Shown one piece after another: positions 25,275 to 36,524 of a DNA stretch of 64,000 nt; position 1 is the stretch's first letter; every line of letters begins with the position of its first letter. The position numbers and the translations under genes were made by a program. Under the pieces are notes generated by a model. The model did no database searches, had not been told where the DNA came from, and was given only the letters and a program-made list of their open reading frames with translations. Source of the DNA: Fonticula alba ATCC 38817 (Eukaryota; Protista; Nucleariida); the NCBI GenBank assembly GCA_000388065.2, contig KB932204.1, one strand, 5' to 3'.

Positions 25275-25773
25275 GCCACCACGGCTATCAGTGTCGCCAT
25301 CGCTAACCCTGCCCCCACTCGGTGCTGCCGGTCTTCATACAACTCCCATGCCTCCCTCGAATCAGCATGCACACTTGTCGGGGGCCAAACGGAAGGGATC
25401 AGCCCCGGATGCCGGTGGGGCCGGTGCGGACGATGCTCCAGGTGCCTTGATCGGGGAGCGCCTTTCTCTGGCCGGTCTGGCTGCTCGCAAAGCGCGCCTT
25501 GCCACCCTGGAAGCGGCGACCGGCCAATTCCCGCGAGAATTAGATCTCCCATACCAACCGCCAGCCTGCGCCAAGGAGGAGGCAGACGAATCCACCCCTG
25601 TGGATGAAACAACTGACGCCGGTGATCCGGTGGACATGGATCGCCTGTGGCAGCAGCACCTCCAGCGATGGCGGACAGTGCGGCCCTCGCGTGTGGGACA
25701 TCGCCGGGCACCCGGGACCACGCCTGGTGCCGGGAGAGATTCAGAAACTGCTGGGGACGCCTCTCGGGGGTGA
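23852..25773 (+). CDS. Hypothetical multi-exon, probably nuclear protein with polyQ tract (3' end uncertain)
   Basis: MPQQPDRSDG...PAKRPRRPR (NLS-like). Globular-looking segments DEDLWSLLASPGLDLREHL, WYIGLSRMVTRLVGDGIL and MDRLWQQHLQRWR are separated by poly-C/(GT)n introns. Confidence 0.5.
24418..24472 (+). repeat. Coding CAG/CAA repeat (polyglutamine, about 18 Q)
   Basis: cagcaacagcaacagcagcag... in frame. Confidence 0.9.
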
Positions 25774-27139
25774 CATATGCTTGCGCCCGTGTTTGCGCAT
25801 GGGGATCCGGTGCTTTGGTTGGCTCGCAGCCCTTCGAGCTGAGAGACCGCAGGCGGACGATCTCCACAGCGAACGACTCGGGCGCCCCGCTCTCCCCCGC
25901 CACGCCCGATCGGAACCCCCCCCCCCCTGCCAGTCACTCACGACAAGGACTGGAACCGCTCAATTGGCAGATGCATCATGTCGCGAGATGCCACCTCCCC
26001 AGGGGACTCCACTCCACTTCTTCGGAATGGAAACGCATATGTAGTATCTGTTCAGAACTTGCTGTGTTCTCGATCACCAGATTGTCTCATTTCGCATGGA
26101 GAATCATGTCCATCGCATGCAGTTTTCGATTGGAGGGGAGGGCAGGAGGGGGGCGGGGGCGGGGAAATGATCGGTCGCTCACGCTCCCGAAGTAGGGACC
26201 ATAACCAAGCTGCGATCGGCCGCCCTATCTGCGCCGAGAAGCATTCACGGCATCAATTATGCACACCACAACTCCAGAGCAAGACACATGTGCGTAGAAG
26301 AGGGCCAGCACGCCTGCGCCGGGGGCCAAGGGCCCAGATCCGCCCCGCAGGAAGTCCCGTTGGGGATGCGGGCGCCAACAAGGGATCGTCTTTCGTCGGG
26401 AAGAGCGCACACCGCGATCTCCTGTCAGCTCTTCCCTCGCGCACACACACACACACACACACGCGCCAGGGGACAACCAAGCTGCCCTGCCCGGCCGGCT
26501 TGACGTACTTGGCGGCGGAGAGGCGAATGTGCAGCTGGAGAGGAAAGGACGAGGAGGTGGACGAGGGCTCGACCTTCGCCTGGGTAAGCGCGCCCTTTGT
26601 ATCCCCCCCCCCCTCTCGGCTATCCGCGTGGAGCCGCGCCCCGACACGTTTGACTCACTTTCCTCCGGGCCTGTGCCTGCTCGGAGGAAGGGGGTGCCCC
26701 ACAGCAAACTGGCCTCACACACCGCACACACGGGGCACACGGGAAGAGGTGTGACATATACGCGCGGAGGCTGAAGAAAGAAAGGCGAATGCCTCTGCGC
26801 CCATTCGCCCCTGCTGCTGACACACCTCAGCGGCCGAGGGAGAGGGAGAGAGAGAGAGAGAGAGAGAGAAAGGGAGAGAGGGAAAAGGGCATGGCGAAGG
26901 CGCCAGGAGGAGAGAGGACCGAGTGGGTGGGGCACAGCAAGAGAAAGCGGCGGAACTGTAGAGTTGACCTGTGAGGGCCCGTGAGTCTATTTTGAGGGCG
27001 AACAAAGTATCCGAAAATAGATCGAAGGCTTCCCCGCGTGCGCCGGAGAGCACAGACACATCGGGCTTCTGTGAATCAGCGTTAACAAGGAACAAGAAAG
27101 AGGGCGTCTCTCTCCCGGGAGGGGAGGAACCACACACTC

Positions 27140-28366
27140 TTACTGCTGGAGCTCACGAATACGGCGGATGGAGCTGCGGACGGTGGAGGCAGCAGGGGTG
27201 CTGTGGTTGGGGGGACGGGGAGCGTGTGTTCGCGGAGAGAGGGGAGGTGTTAGCGAGAAGGAGAGAGGGAGAGAGAGAGAGAGAGCGCGCGCGCGCGCCA
27301 GGGCAGAAGGCGGGATGCAAACGAGCGTAGGTTCCCCTCCCCGGGAAGAGAGACAAGCCCCAGGTCGAGCGAGCGGGAGAGCAAAAGCGCCGGACGTACG
27401 CGACGGTGTAGGCACCACCGGCGATCACCTTGCGGCAGGCGGAGCACTTCCAGATACCGACGCAAGAGCGGGAGACGGTGTCCTTACCGCAGAAAGAGCA
27501 AGTGTACTTAGCGTGCTGAGTGACCTCCTGCTTCTTGATCATCTTACGGATGGAAGCACCGTAACGGGCGCCGTACTTACCGACGATACCGGCCTTCTTA
27601 GTACGCTTGGACTGTGAACGGAGATGGGGGGGTCAGAATTGGCTGGCGGCGGGAGAAAGAGGGGGAGAGAGGCAGGGACCCCTCCTTGGAGGGATAAAAA
27701 GGAGGAGACAGAGGAAAGCCGCCGTGACGCGGGGATCGGATGCGGATCCGAGCCGAATGCATCCGACAACACGGCCTCCGACCTGCCCCCGGGCGCCGCG
27801 CATCAAAATGCTGGGGCCTCGCCCCTCGGGAAGGACGCGCGCTCGAGCGGCGATCCCGCCTGCCACAAAGAGGCGGCAATGCCTACTGCGGCCTGTGCAC
27901 TCGCCCCTCGGCGGGCGCGGCCCTCTCTCATCTGCCGCGGTCGGGCCAGGTTCCCGCCCTGAACGACACAACAGGCCACGTTGTGGCTCCCCCGATGTGC
28001 GTGACAGAGGGAGAGCATGCCGCCAAAGCGAAGCGGAAGAGAGAAGCCCGCGAACATCTCGACCATCCACAGGATGAGCGGATGAGTAGGAGGGTCGAAG
28101 AGCGCGCGCGCGCGGCAGCAAGCGACGGTCCAACGAGAAGGAGAGGGAGGAAGGAGGGAGCGAGGTGCGGCGGCGCGCCGAGGGACAGGCCAGAGTGCAG
28201 GGATGGCGCGGCCACCGGGAGGGAGGAACAGGAGCCGGGACGACCCGGAGAGGGGCGACGAGAGGCGGGGGGGGGGGAGGGGCACATGCAAGGGGATGCA
28301 CAGCGATGCGGTGGAGGAGGGGGGGAGAGAAGGACAAGAGCGCAAATAGGGCAGGGCACGAACCAT
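27140..28366 (-). CDS. RPL37A: 60S ribosomal protein eL43 (L37A), 3 coding exons, first coding exon is only the ATG
   Basis: ATG|gttcgt at 28366-28364; exon 27611-27400 [43 protein letters not shown]...GIWKCSAC...AGGAYTVA; exon 27200-27140 [20 protein letters not shown]2C2 zinc ribbon present. Confidence 0.97.
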
Positions 28367-30354
28367 CTTAGAAAACCTTGACTGTAAGTGAGGAAAGTAC
28401 CAAAACAAAACAACAAGGAGAGAGACCACCCCACTAGTGGGGGGTGGACGACAAGGGCCCCTAAAAAGCCCCAGCCCTGCCGGATCAGGAACCGTCAGGC
28501 ACACTGCTCTCGCACCAAACACAAGCGCACTCGGCAGAAAATGGGCTGGAGTGAGTGGGCTGGGCGCGGTCACAGTCCCTCTCCCCCCCCCCCCACCCCC
28601 ACCCCCCGGCCCTCTGTTCCTCCCGGCCCTGGGAAGGCCGCTGGCGTGGGGGAGAGAGGGGGGAAGGCCCCGCCCCCGCTGCTCTCCCCCCCCGCACGAC
28701 GGACGGGAGAAGATGACACACACGCACACACACGTATGCGAGTGGTTGGGCAGACGGAGGCTGGGAGATGCCCCGGCACCTGCCTCCCCTCGCCATGTCC
28801 CAGCGCTTGGCTGGCTCCAGGGGAAGAAGGGGGAGGGCACCTGCCCGCCTTCGCCAGACGCCACGCGCTACCGGCTCCCATAGAGCCACTCTCGTCAGTC
28901 ATTTCAGCAAAGGGGACCAGGAACATGGCGACATACAGCGCGAGGGTGAGACTCCGCCCCGTTGCCTGGGCCCGGTCTTTTCTTGGGGAAACCCAGTCGA
29001 CCGTGAACAGATCGCAGGGAGGGGGCGGGGCCAGGGGCAGGGGCGCACCCTGACACCGAGAGGAGGGGACGCAGCAAGGAACAACATCACAAGAACCGCC
29101 TGGTCGGCCCGCAAGGGCAGGCGCAGCAGGTCTCGTCTGTCGAGTGGGCGCTGCCGTGGAGATGGCTCCGCGCCGATGTGGAACGCGCGGGCGATGCACG
29201 GAACCGACGGATTCCCCCCCCCCCTGGGCGGGCAGCGCCTCCCAAACTGTGGTACCCACATCAGTGGGGCTACCCTTCGCGCACATCGCCGGGGTCCCGA
29301 AGCCGGGAGCTGCTAATCCGGTGGTACCTACTTGGGGGAGAAGATTTCCGGCCATTGTACCTTGGGAAAACCCTAAAATAAAACACATCAAACATATTGG
29401 CAAGACCTTCTGACAAGCAGCTCCCTCCCGCCGTACCCGTGACAATGTCGCGTGTTTTTTTTAAATGAACACGTTCCACCCGGCTCGGTACTCCCCCTCC
29501 CAGGTGCGACGCGGTTCTCCTGGGTTGCTGTGAAGGCCGGCCGAGGCGCGCCGAGCAAGCCAGCGAGCAGGATGCGAACCAGTCCAACGTGTGGTGCCGA
29601 CAGTGTCGCAACACCGGACTACGGGCTGGTGTGTTCGAATGATCTGGTTGTCCTCGGTGGGGGGCGGGAGGCCAGAAGCGGTTTTGGGTTGTTCCCGAGT
29701 GCAAGGAGGGGCGGAGGACTGGCCACCCCCTCCTTCAATGCTTCGATCAGGGGGAAACTCCTCGAAGGAGGGGGCAGGCGGAGGACGATGCGGCTCTCCT
29801 CGGGCCAGGCAGCGAGTGAGTTACATATGCCCACTCTCCCCACGTTGGGCCTCCGGAGGGACCTGGGGGGCAGAGGGGGAGGGGGGGGGGGAGCGAGCCA
29901 GGTGCGTTCGAAGCCAGCCCGATCGACCCCCTGCCCTTGCACCTCGCCCAGCATGCGGCTGTCTGCTGGGGTCTTTTCCATTTTATTGCGCGGAAAAAAA
30001 ACATGTCCGCAGCAGCGCAACAGCCACCCATTCCCAACAGACCAGCCCCTCACGGGAGGACACTGACAGACCAGTCTCCCCTTCCGACTTGGGTGAGAAG
30101 AACAGGAAGAGCCCCGCGGCCGTGGGCACCACTGCAGGGGAGAGGGGGAGGGGGAAAAATACCGCACACTGGCGGGGAATCCGGGGGCTTTTTTCAGGCT
30201 ATCCTTTGAATGTCCCCCCCGCCCTCGAGCTCGACATGCCCGTACATCTCTCCTTCCCCCCATCACCCCTCTTCTAGCCCCTCCCTCGTCCCCCCTCCCC
30301 CCCCCTCTCCTCACTTCCTCCCCTCTTCGTTGCCCCATTCCTCCCATTCCTCTC

Positions 30355-31037
30355 ATGCTCCCCGCGATCCCCGACGCCGCGCCGGCCGCCAATGCCGCGC
30401 CGACGGCCACCCCCCGCCAGTCCATCCTCCCCATCAAGGCACCGGCGATGGCCGAGTACCCAAATCCCTCGTACGTCGGGTGGGATACCATCCGCGCGCG
30501 CTTTATCTGGAACGCCAGCTTCTCCATGTTCAACCTTCTGGGCACCTCCTCGGCCGATGTGCCGCGTGTGCGCCGCCTGCTGGACACCCATGATCGATAC
30601 CTGCGCGGGGAGGACGTCTACACGCCCGCCACGGCCAGCAACTTCGCCGTCGATGCCAATGGTCTGGCCAAGCCTCTGGCCCCGAACAATGCCACCCTCT
30701 GGCACTACTTCTGGGTTCAGCGGTCCATGGTCAACACCTCCACTGGTCTCACCCTTCCCTGGTACTTGCGGGAGTCTTTCCACACGAATTTCACCTCGCC
30801 ACTGCTGTTGGCTGTGGCTGCCTCGATGTCCGGGCCGTTTGTCCTCCCCTTGGCCTACAGTGGGTTTCTCGCTTACCGGAACCTGATCAAGCGTGTGCAT
30901 GCCTACGAGGCCGACCACCCGAGATTCGATGGCGTCCCGAAGTCCTCGAATTTCGGCCGCGGCTTCTTTGACCTGAATGCCAGCACCCAAAACAAGGGCT
31001 ACCTTGTACGTGTGCTCCCTCCGTCGTGCTTCACATA

Positions 31038-31082
<45 letters not shown>

Positions 31083-31923
31083 TCCCTCCCTCTCTCCCTC
31101 TCTCTCTTCCTCCCTTTCCGTCTAACCGTGTATCTCCCCTTCCCTTTGGGCCTTGTCATCCATCTGACCTTCCTCGCCATTTGCAGACTACTGGCGAGAT
31201 CCTCACCATTCCCCTGCTCTCGCACCGCCTGGCATACTTCTTCTTCAACAGCCGCCTCTTTGCCAATGTGCGTTTGCCCCTGCTCCCTCTCCCCTTCCTT
31301 CTTTCCACTCCAACCAGCCCATCCACTTGTCACTCCCTAACCCTCTTACACGCCCACAGGTCCGCCCTCAGCCCCGGAGCCTCGGCATTCATGGTTCCAT
31401 CCTCTTTGCGTCGGTGGCCTACGCTACCATTAAGACCCGCAAGGAGGCCTGGCAGGATGGCGGCCTGCCGGTGTATGTCAAGGCTTCGGACCTGCTCAAG
31501 AAGGGTACGGTCACAGTGGCCTCGCAGGCGCAGGCCAACTGCGATACCTGTGACCTGCCGATCGGTCTGAGCACCCGGGCCCTGGTGCAGAACACCCGAA
31601 TGGCCATCATGGGTGGCTTCGCTGGGCTCTTCCTGATCATGGCGTCGGCTCTGCGGCAGCCGGGCGTGACGGCTGGCCGGGCTCTGCGCACCGGCGCCCT
31701 CCGCGCCGTCATCGCCGGTGTCATTTACCAGCCCCTGGTGGCGTCCCTTCTTCCGGAGGAGTCGTCGATCAGCACGTCCTCCCTGCGCAACGACCCTCGC
31801 CCCCTGATCAACCCGGAGAACCCGGAGGAGGCGCTGGCTCGGTCTGTTGAGGACCCCTACCGCACTGCCTCCATGATGGGTGTTGACCAGGTGCACTATC
31901 GCAACCGACTGTACATCTTGTGA
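30355..31923 (+). CDS. Divergent sideroflexin-family mitochondrial carrier, 3 exons
   Basis: WDTIRARFIW and LWHYFWVQRSMVNTSTGLTLPWYLRESFH match the sideroflexin pattern (...S..HPDTGE......RMSF), and GLPVYV...IGLSTRA matches the GIPV...LG.S..AA segment. Hydrophobic helices are present. Introns gtacgt...cag and gtgcgt...cag are in frame. Confidence 0.6.
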
Positions 31924-32009
31924 GGGGAGTGTTTGGTTGAGGAAGCGGAGTGGGGCCCCATGTCCAACAGGCATCCATGCGTGTGAACATATCCCCCTCC
32001 CCCTCTGTC

Positions 32010-32064
<55 letters not shown>

Positions 32065-32567
32065 TGCTCCTTCGCGCTCCGCCCCCCTCTATGTTTGCCT
32101 TTCTATCGCTCCCTCCCCCTCCATAGGAGACTGCGCTGGCGCACTTGGCCGCAGGGCGATCCCTCCTCCCCTCCCCACCAGACATACAAATAGACTTTCG
32201 CTTTATGCTTCTGCCTGATCTCTGGGATGTGGGATATCGCATGCGTCGATTTGGTAGCGTGCAAGAGTGGGTGCAGGTGAGAAGGCGACACGGCAGTTTT
32301 GACGCGGATGGGTATCCTTTATTTGTGGGGCGAGGAGAAGTGTGTGGGCAGGATTTTTTTTTGCACATTTGAAGACAGGGCGCGCGCATACACGGGGGGC
32401 AAGAGGAGGAGGTGGGGTTCATCAAGAGGGACAGGTAAAAGAGGGCATTATCGGGGGAGGGGGAGCGTGGCCACTCGCGAGCACGCGCCCCACGCCCCTC
32501 TCGCCTCGCCTCGCACGCACCCCGGGCGGGGCGCAGGCACGCAGAGCCAGGCCGCAGCTTGACCACC

Positions 32568-33650
32568 TTACTTCTGGAAGTAGTGGGTCTCGCTGGTGTG
32601 GCGACCACGCAGGTAGGGGACCTCGTGGCCCTTGATGTAGACGTCGGTGAAGAGGTGCTCGGGCGGGGTCTCGGGGGAGGCCTTGGCAAAGGCAACACCA
32701 GCCTCAACCTCATCACGAGCCTTGTTGTCGAGCTCCTGCAGAGGCAAACGGGAGAAGGGGCGTAGGATCAAGGACAAGGGGGGGATGGGGGGAATAGGAA
32801 GGGTGTGTGTGTGTGTGTGTGCGTGTGTGGTTAGTACATCTGGAGCAGCGGCGGAAAAGCAAACAAAAAGCCCAGCGGCCTCGTTCAACTATTCCACCCC
32901 AGGGCACCCCCCTCGACAGAGGGGTGCGCACGAGGGGGAGGGGAGGGGAGGGGGAGTCATGGCATGGCTCTCTCTCTCTCTCTCCTTCTCACTAAGCAGC
33001 GCACCTTCAGCTCAGCCTCAGTGGCCAGGCCGTTCTCAAGGAGCAGGCCCTTGACGAAGGCAATGGGATCGCGGCTGCGGCGAATGTTCTCCACCTCCTC
33101 CTTGGAGCGGTAGGTGGTGCCCGGGTCGGACATGGAGTGGCCGAAGTAGCGGTAGGTCATCATCTCCATGACCAGGGGGCCGTGGTTGAGGACATACTCC
33201 TTGGCCCACTTGACGGCCTCGCGGACCTGCAGGACATCCATGCCGTTGACACGGATGCCGGGGACGTAGTCACCACGAGTGTAGTAGGTGGTGGAGGCGG
33301 AGGAGCGCTCGGCCGAGGTACCCATGCCGTACTGGTTGTTCTCGCAGACGAAGATGGCCGGGATGTCCCAGAGCTTGGCAATGTTGAAGGCCTCGAACAC
33401 CTGGCCCTGGTTGGCGGCACCATCGCCATAGGCGGCCAGGCAGATGTTCTTCCGGCCGTTGTACTTGTGGGCAAAGGCAATACCAGCGCCGAGGGGGACC
33501 TGGGCGCCGACAATGCCGTTACCACCGTAGAACTCGTTGGTGAACATGTGCATGGAGCCACCCTTACCCTTGGTGCAGCCAGCCTCGCGGCCTGTGGGCG
33601 AGTGGGGCGGTGCCCGGGAGGGAGTGGAGGTTAGATTGCTGCGTGCGTGC

Positions 33651-33683
<33 letters not shown>

Positions 33684-34568
33684 TGTGTCCATCACGCAGG
33701 CCAGATGAGAGGCCAGTAGGATCGGTTGCGAAGAGGCAAGCTGAAGGGAGGGAGACATACCCATGAGCTCGGCGAGAATGGTGCCGACCGGCTCACCACG
33801 AGTGTAGACGAAGCCGTGGCAACGGTAAGAGGTGATGATGGAGTCCTCCTTCTCCAGGGCGGCCTCAACACCAGTGGAGACGGCCTCCTGGCCGTTGGCC
33901 AGATGGCAGAAGCCACGAATCATGCGGCCTAGGGGGAAGAGAGGTCAATGGACGGAGAGGGGCGAGGAGGGGAGGAGGAGAGGGAGGTGGAAAGGGGTCT
34001 GACAGGGGGGCGCGCACTCTTGTAGAGAGTGTCGGCAGCGATCTCCATGCGGCGGACGACGGTCATCTCGTAGAAGTAGTCCAGCAGCTCCTTGCGGTTG
34101 GTGTAGGCGAAGGAGGGGGGCTGCTGGGTCTCATCAAGCTTGTGGACGACCCACTTGTCCTGCAGACGAACAGAGACGCGGTCGGGGCGGTAGGAGGGGG
34201 GGGGGAGCGACGGATGCGAGGGGGGGCGGTGCGGTCAGACGGATGGAACATAATCGCGAGAGCGTGCATCCAAGGACCCAGGTCGGGGTGGTAACGACGT
34301 ACGGGGAACTCGACCTTGATCTGCTTCTCGTCGTTGCTGGCGGCGGTAGCGAGACCAGCACGGGGGGCGAGAGACTACATGCAGGCGGCAGCAGTGGGCG
34401 AGAAGAGGAGACGTGTGTCAGTGGCAAGGGAGAAGGCACTTTGGGCCAAGTCCAGGCGCGGCCGGGGGGGGGGGGGGAGGAGGGAGAGTAGGCAGCGAAA
34501 GCAGCACATACAGCCAGAGGCTTGGAGAGGAGGTTGCGCGAGGCGAGGCGGGTGGCGGTAGACAGCAT
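32568..34568 (-). CDS. PDHA1: Pyruvate dehydrogenase E1 alpha subunit, mitochondrial, 6 exons
   Basis: [60 protein letters not shown] motif [10 protein letters not shown]...CENN and the phosphorylation loop [16 protein letters not shown]. Transit peptide [14 protein letters not shown]. The fungal name is PDA1. Confidence 0.97.
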
Positions 34569-36524
34569 GGTGACTACGGGCGAGCGAAACGGCGAAGCGG
34601 GGGGGGGATCAATCGTTCTGCAGGCTCTGTTGGGCCCCCGGCGGGCGCCGGGCCCTCCGGGAATTGGGCGTCGCAGCACTTGAGTCTGCCCATCCGGCGG
34701 GAGGAGCGGCTGTCTCCCGGAAGGTCATTTCCCCCCTCGCCCCCCCCCCCCGCCCCCCCGCCCCCCCGCGCTCTCACCCCTGGTTGTCGGTGCCCCCAGG
34801 CAGGGAGACAAAAGGAGCCCTGCAACACACGCCCCCTCTGGGGCGCGCCGGGGCCAAGCGCCCCTCTCGCCCGGCCACCCCCGCCGAGGCCCAGAGGCAC
34901 CTGACTAGGATATTGGGCGCCAGAAATGTCCGTCCGTTGAGCCCGGCACCTGGCAGGCCGGGAGGGGCGGAGGGACCGGGCGTGGGTACTTTTCTTACAT
35001 ATGCTCCCGTTCCTCGCGCCCCTCCCCTCGGATGCGTGAGGCGTCTAGGCCTGACCACCTGTCGATGGTGCGAGACGCCCGAAGGCTGGCAGGCGTGAGA
35101 GGGGTGGGGAGCGAAATTGCGCTTCATTCCCCAGCCCCGGCCCCGGCACGCGGTTCTTCTCGGGGCGCCTGCTCGCGAGTCTGGTCTGGGGGTGAAATCA
35201 AGGAGGGACCATTGGGGATGCATCAATAGTCACCGAGACAAGGAGTGCCCATGCACGGGGAGGGCCGCGCACACCGAGCCGATCAGGTATCTGTGTCCTT
35301 CTGCGTCGGCGGCTCGCCGGGCCGCCAGGGCGGCAGGATGTTTCCGGGAGGCGGGGGACGGGGGCGGGGGGCGCGGGGGCGCGGGGGCAGGGCGGTAGAG
35401 GGCCCTCATAAAAAGACGGGCATCACAGCGGCTGCACCTTTCTCGAGCTGCCACTTGACCGCCCGACCTTCCTTCCCACAGGCACTCGGCGACCTCGGGC
35501 AGGAACGTGTCAACCCTACCCCCCCCCCGGGCTTTCGGACCGCCCGGGTCGGCGGAAGGCTGGTGGCTGGCAAGAGAGCCGGGGCGAAAGAAGAACACTG
35601 CCCCTGCCTCGCCCTTGCTTGCGGTAGGCCGGAAACTGCCTGCACCCCGGAGCCCGGAAGGTGCAGCACAGGAGCGGGGCACGGGGAAAGGTGTGGGAAG
35701 TGAAGGCCCCAGACGAAGATGAGGGCGTGCCGCCGTGTCCTAGCCCAACTCCCGACTGAAGGCCCTTACCTAAAACCAATAGGTCGATGGGCTCGGGGTT
35801 AAGATAAAGAGCGCGTGGTTAGCCGATGGGCGTGATTCTGCTTCGCGCGGTTCTGAAAAGAAAGATGCGTATGCTAGACCTCTTCGTTCGATTGGAAAAT
35901 CCCAGGCCTCCTGCTGTTCCCTTGCTCGCCGCGAACCTTGATCATCCCCCTCCCCGCCGCCACCTCCGTGGGTGAACTTGTGGAGCCTGTACGCTGCTGC
36001 TTCCTGACAATCCCGATACAATCCGTCTCCCTGCTGGTCTATGGCCAGGAGGAAGAGCATGGCACCTCTCTTGTCATTTGAGAGTATGGTTTTATATTCG
36101 GCTGGGTGGAAGGGAGAAGGATGGCATTGTGGGCGAGTCTCGCCTGTGCATGCGACGACACGGCATGGGGGGGGGGGTACAGATGTTCGCACCCATTTAC
36201 ACGCACATGCGATGCGTGCGCGTCGACGATCCGCATGTCGATAGGGGGCCGTCCCCCCCCCGGAGAGGATGGGAGACCCCGACACACGAAGAGGGTGGAC
36301 ACACGCACACGCACAGACACACATGCGCGTAAGTCACACGCCGCCCAGGGGAGAGACACGCGCGCGGGAGGCGATACTGGGACGAGGACAGGTATATTCC
36401 CCCCTCCTCGCTCGGAATTTAGCACGAAGGGAAGATGCGCCAGCGCGCACATGCACGCACGCGCATATGCGGCCAGGCGCGGCATGGCACGTAGCCCTCC
36501 ATGGCTAGTTCCCTGGGAGCGCAT

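Noticed and set aside
26253-26600. Possible small minus-strand gene (AKVEPSS...LHIRLSAAKYVKP; IWALGPRRRRAGPLL recalling EF-2/EFL1)
   Set aside because: The motifs are short and isolated, and no start codon or coherent spliced model could be built.
29340-29400. ILGFSQGTMA resembling a GxSxG serine-hydrolase motif
   Set aside because: It sits in an AT-rich, promoter-like stretch between divergent genes with non-coding composition, and no other hydrolase motifs are present.
35770-36324. 184-aa minus-strand ORF between DLST and PDHA1
   Set aside because: Atypical codon usage, no recognised motif and no convincing start; more likely UTR or intergenic, though a small gene is not excluded.
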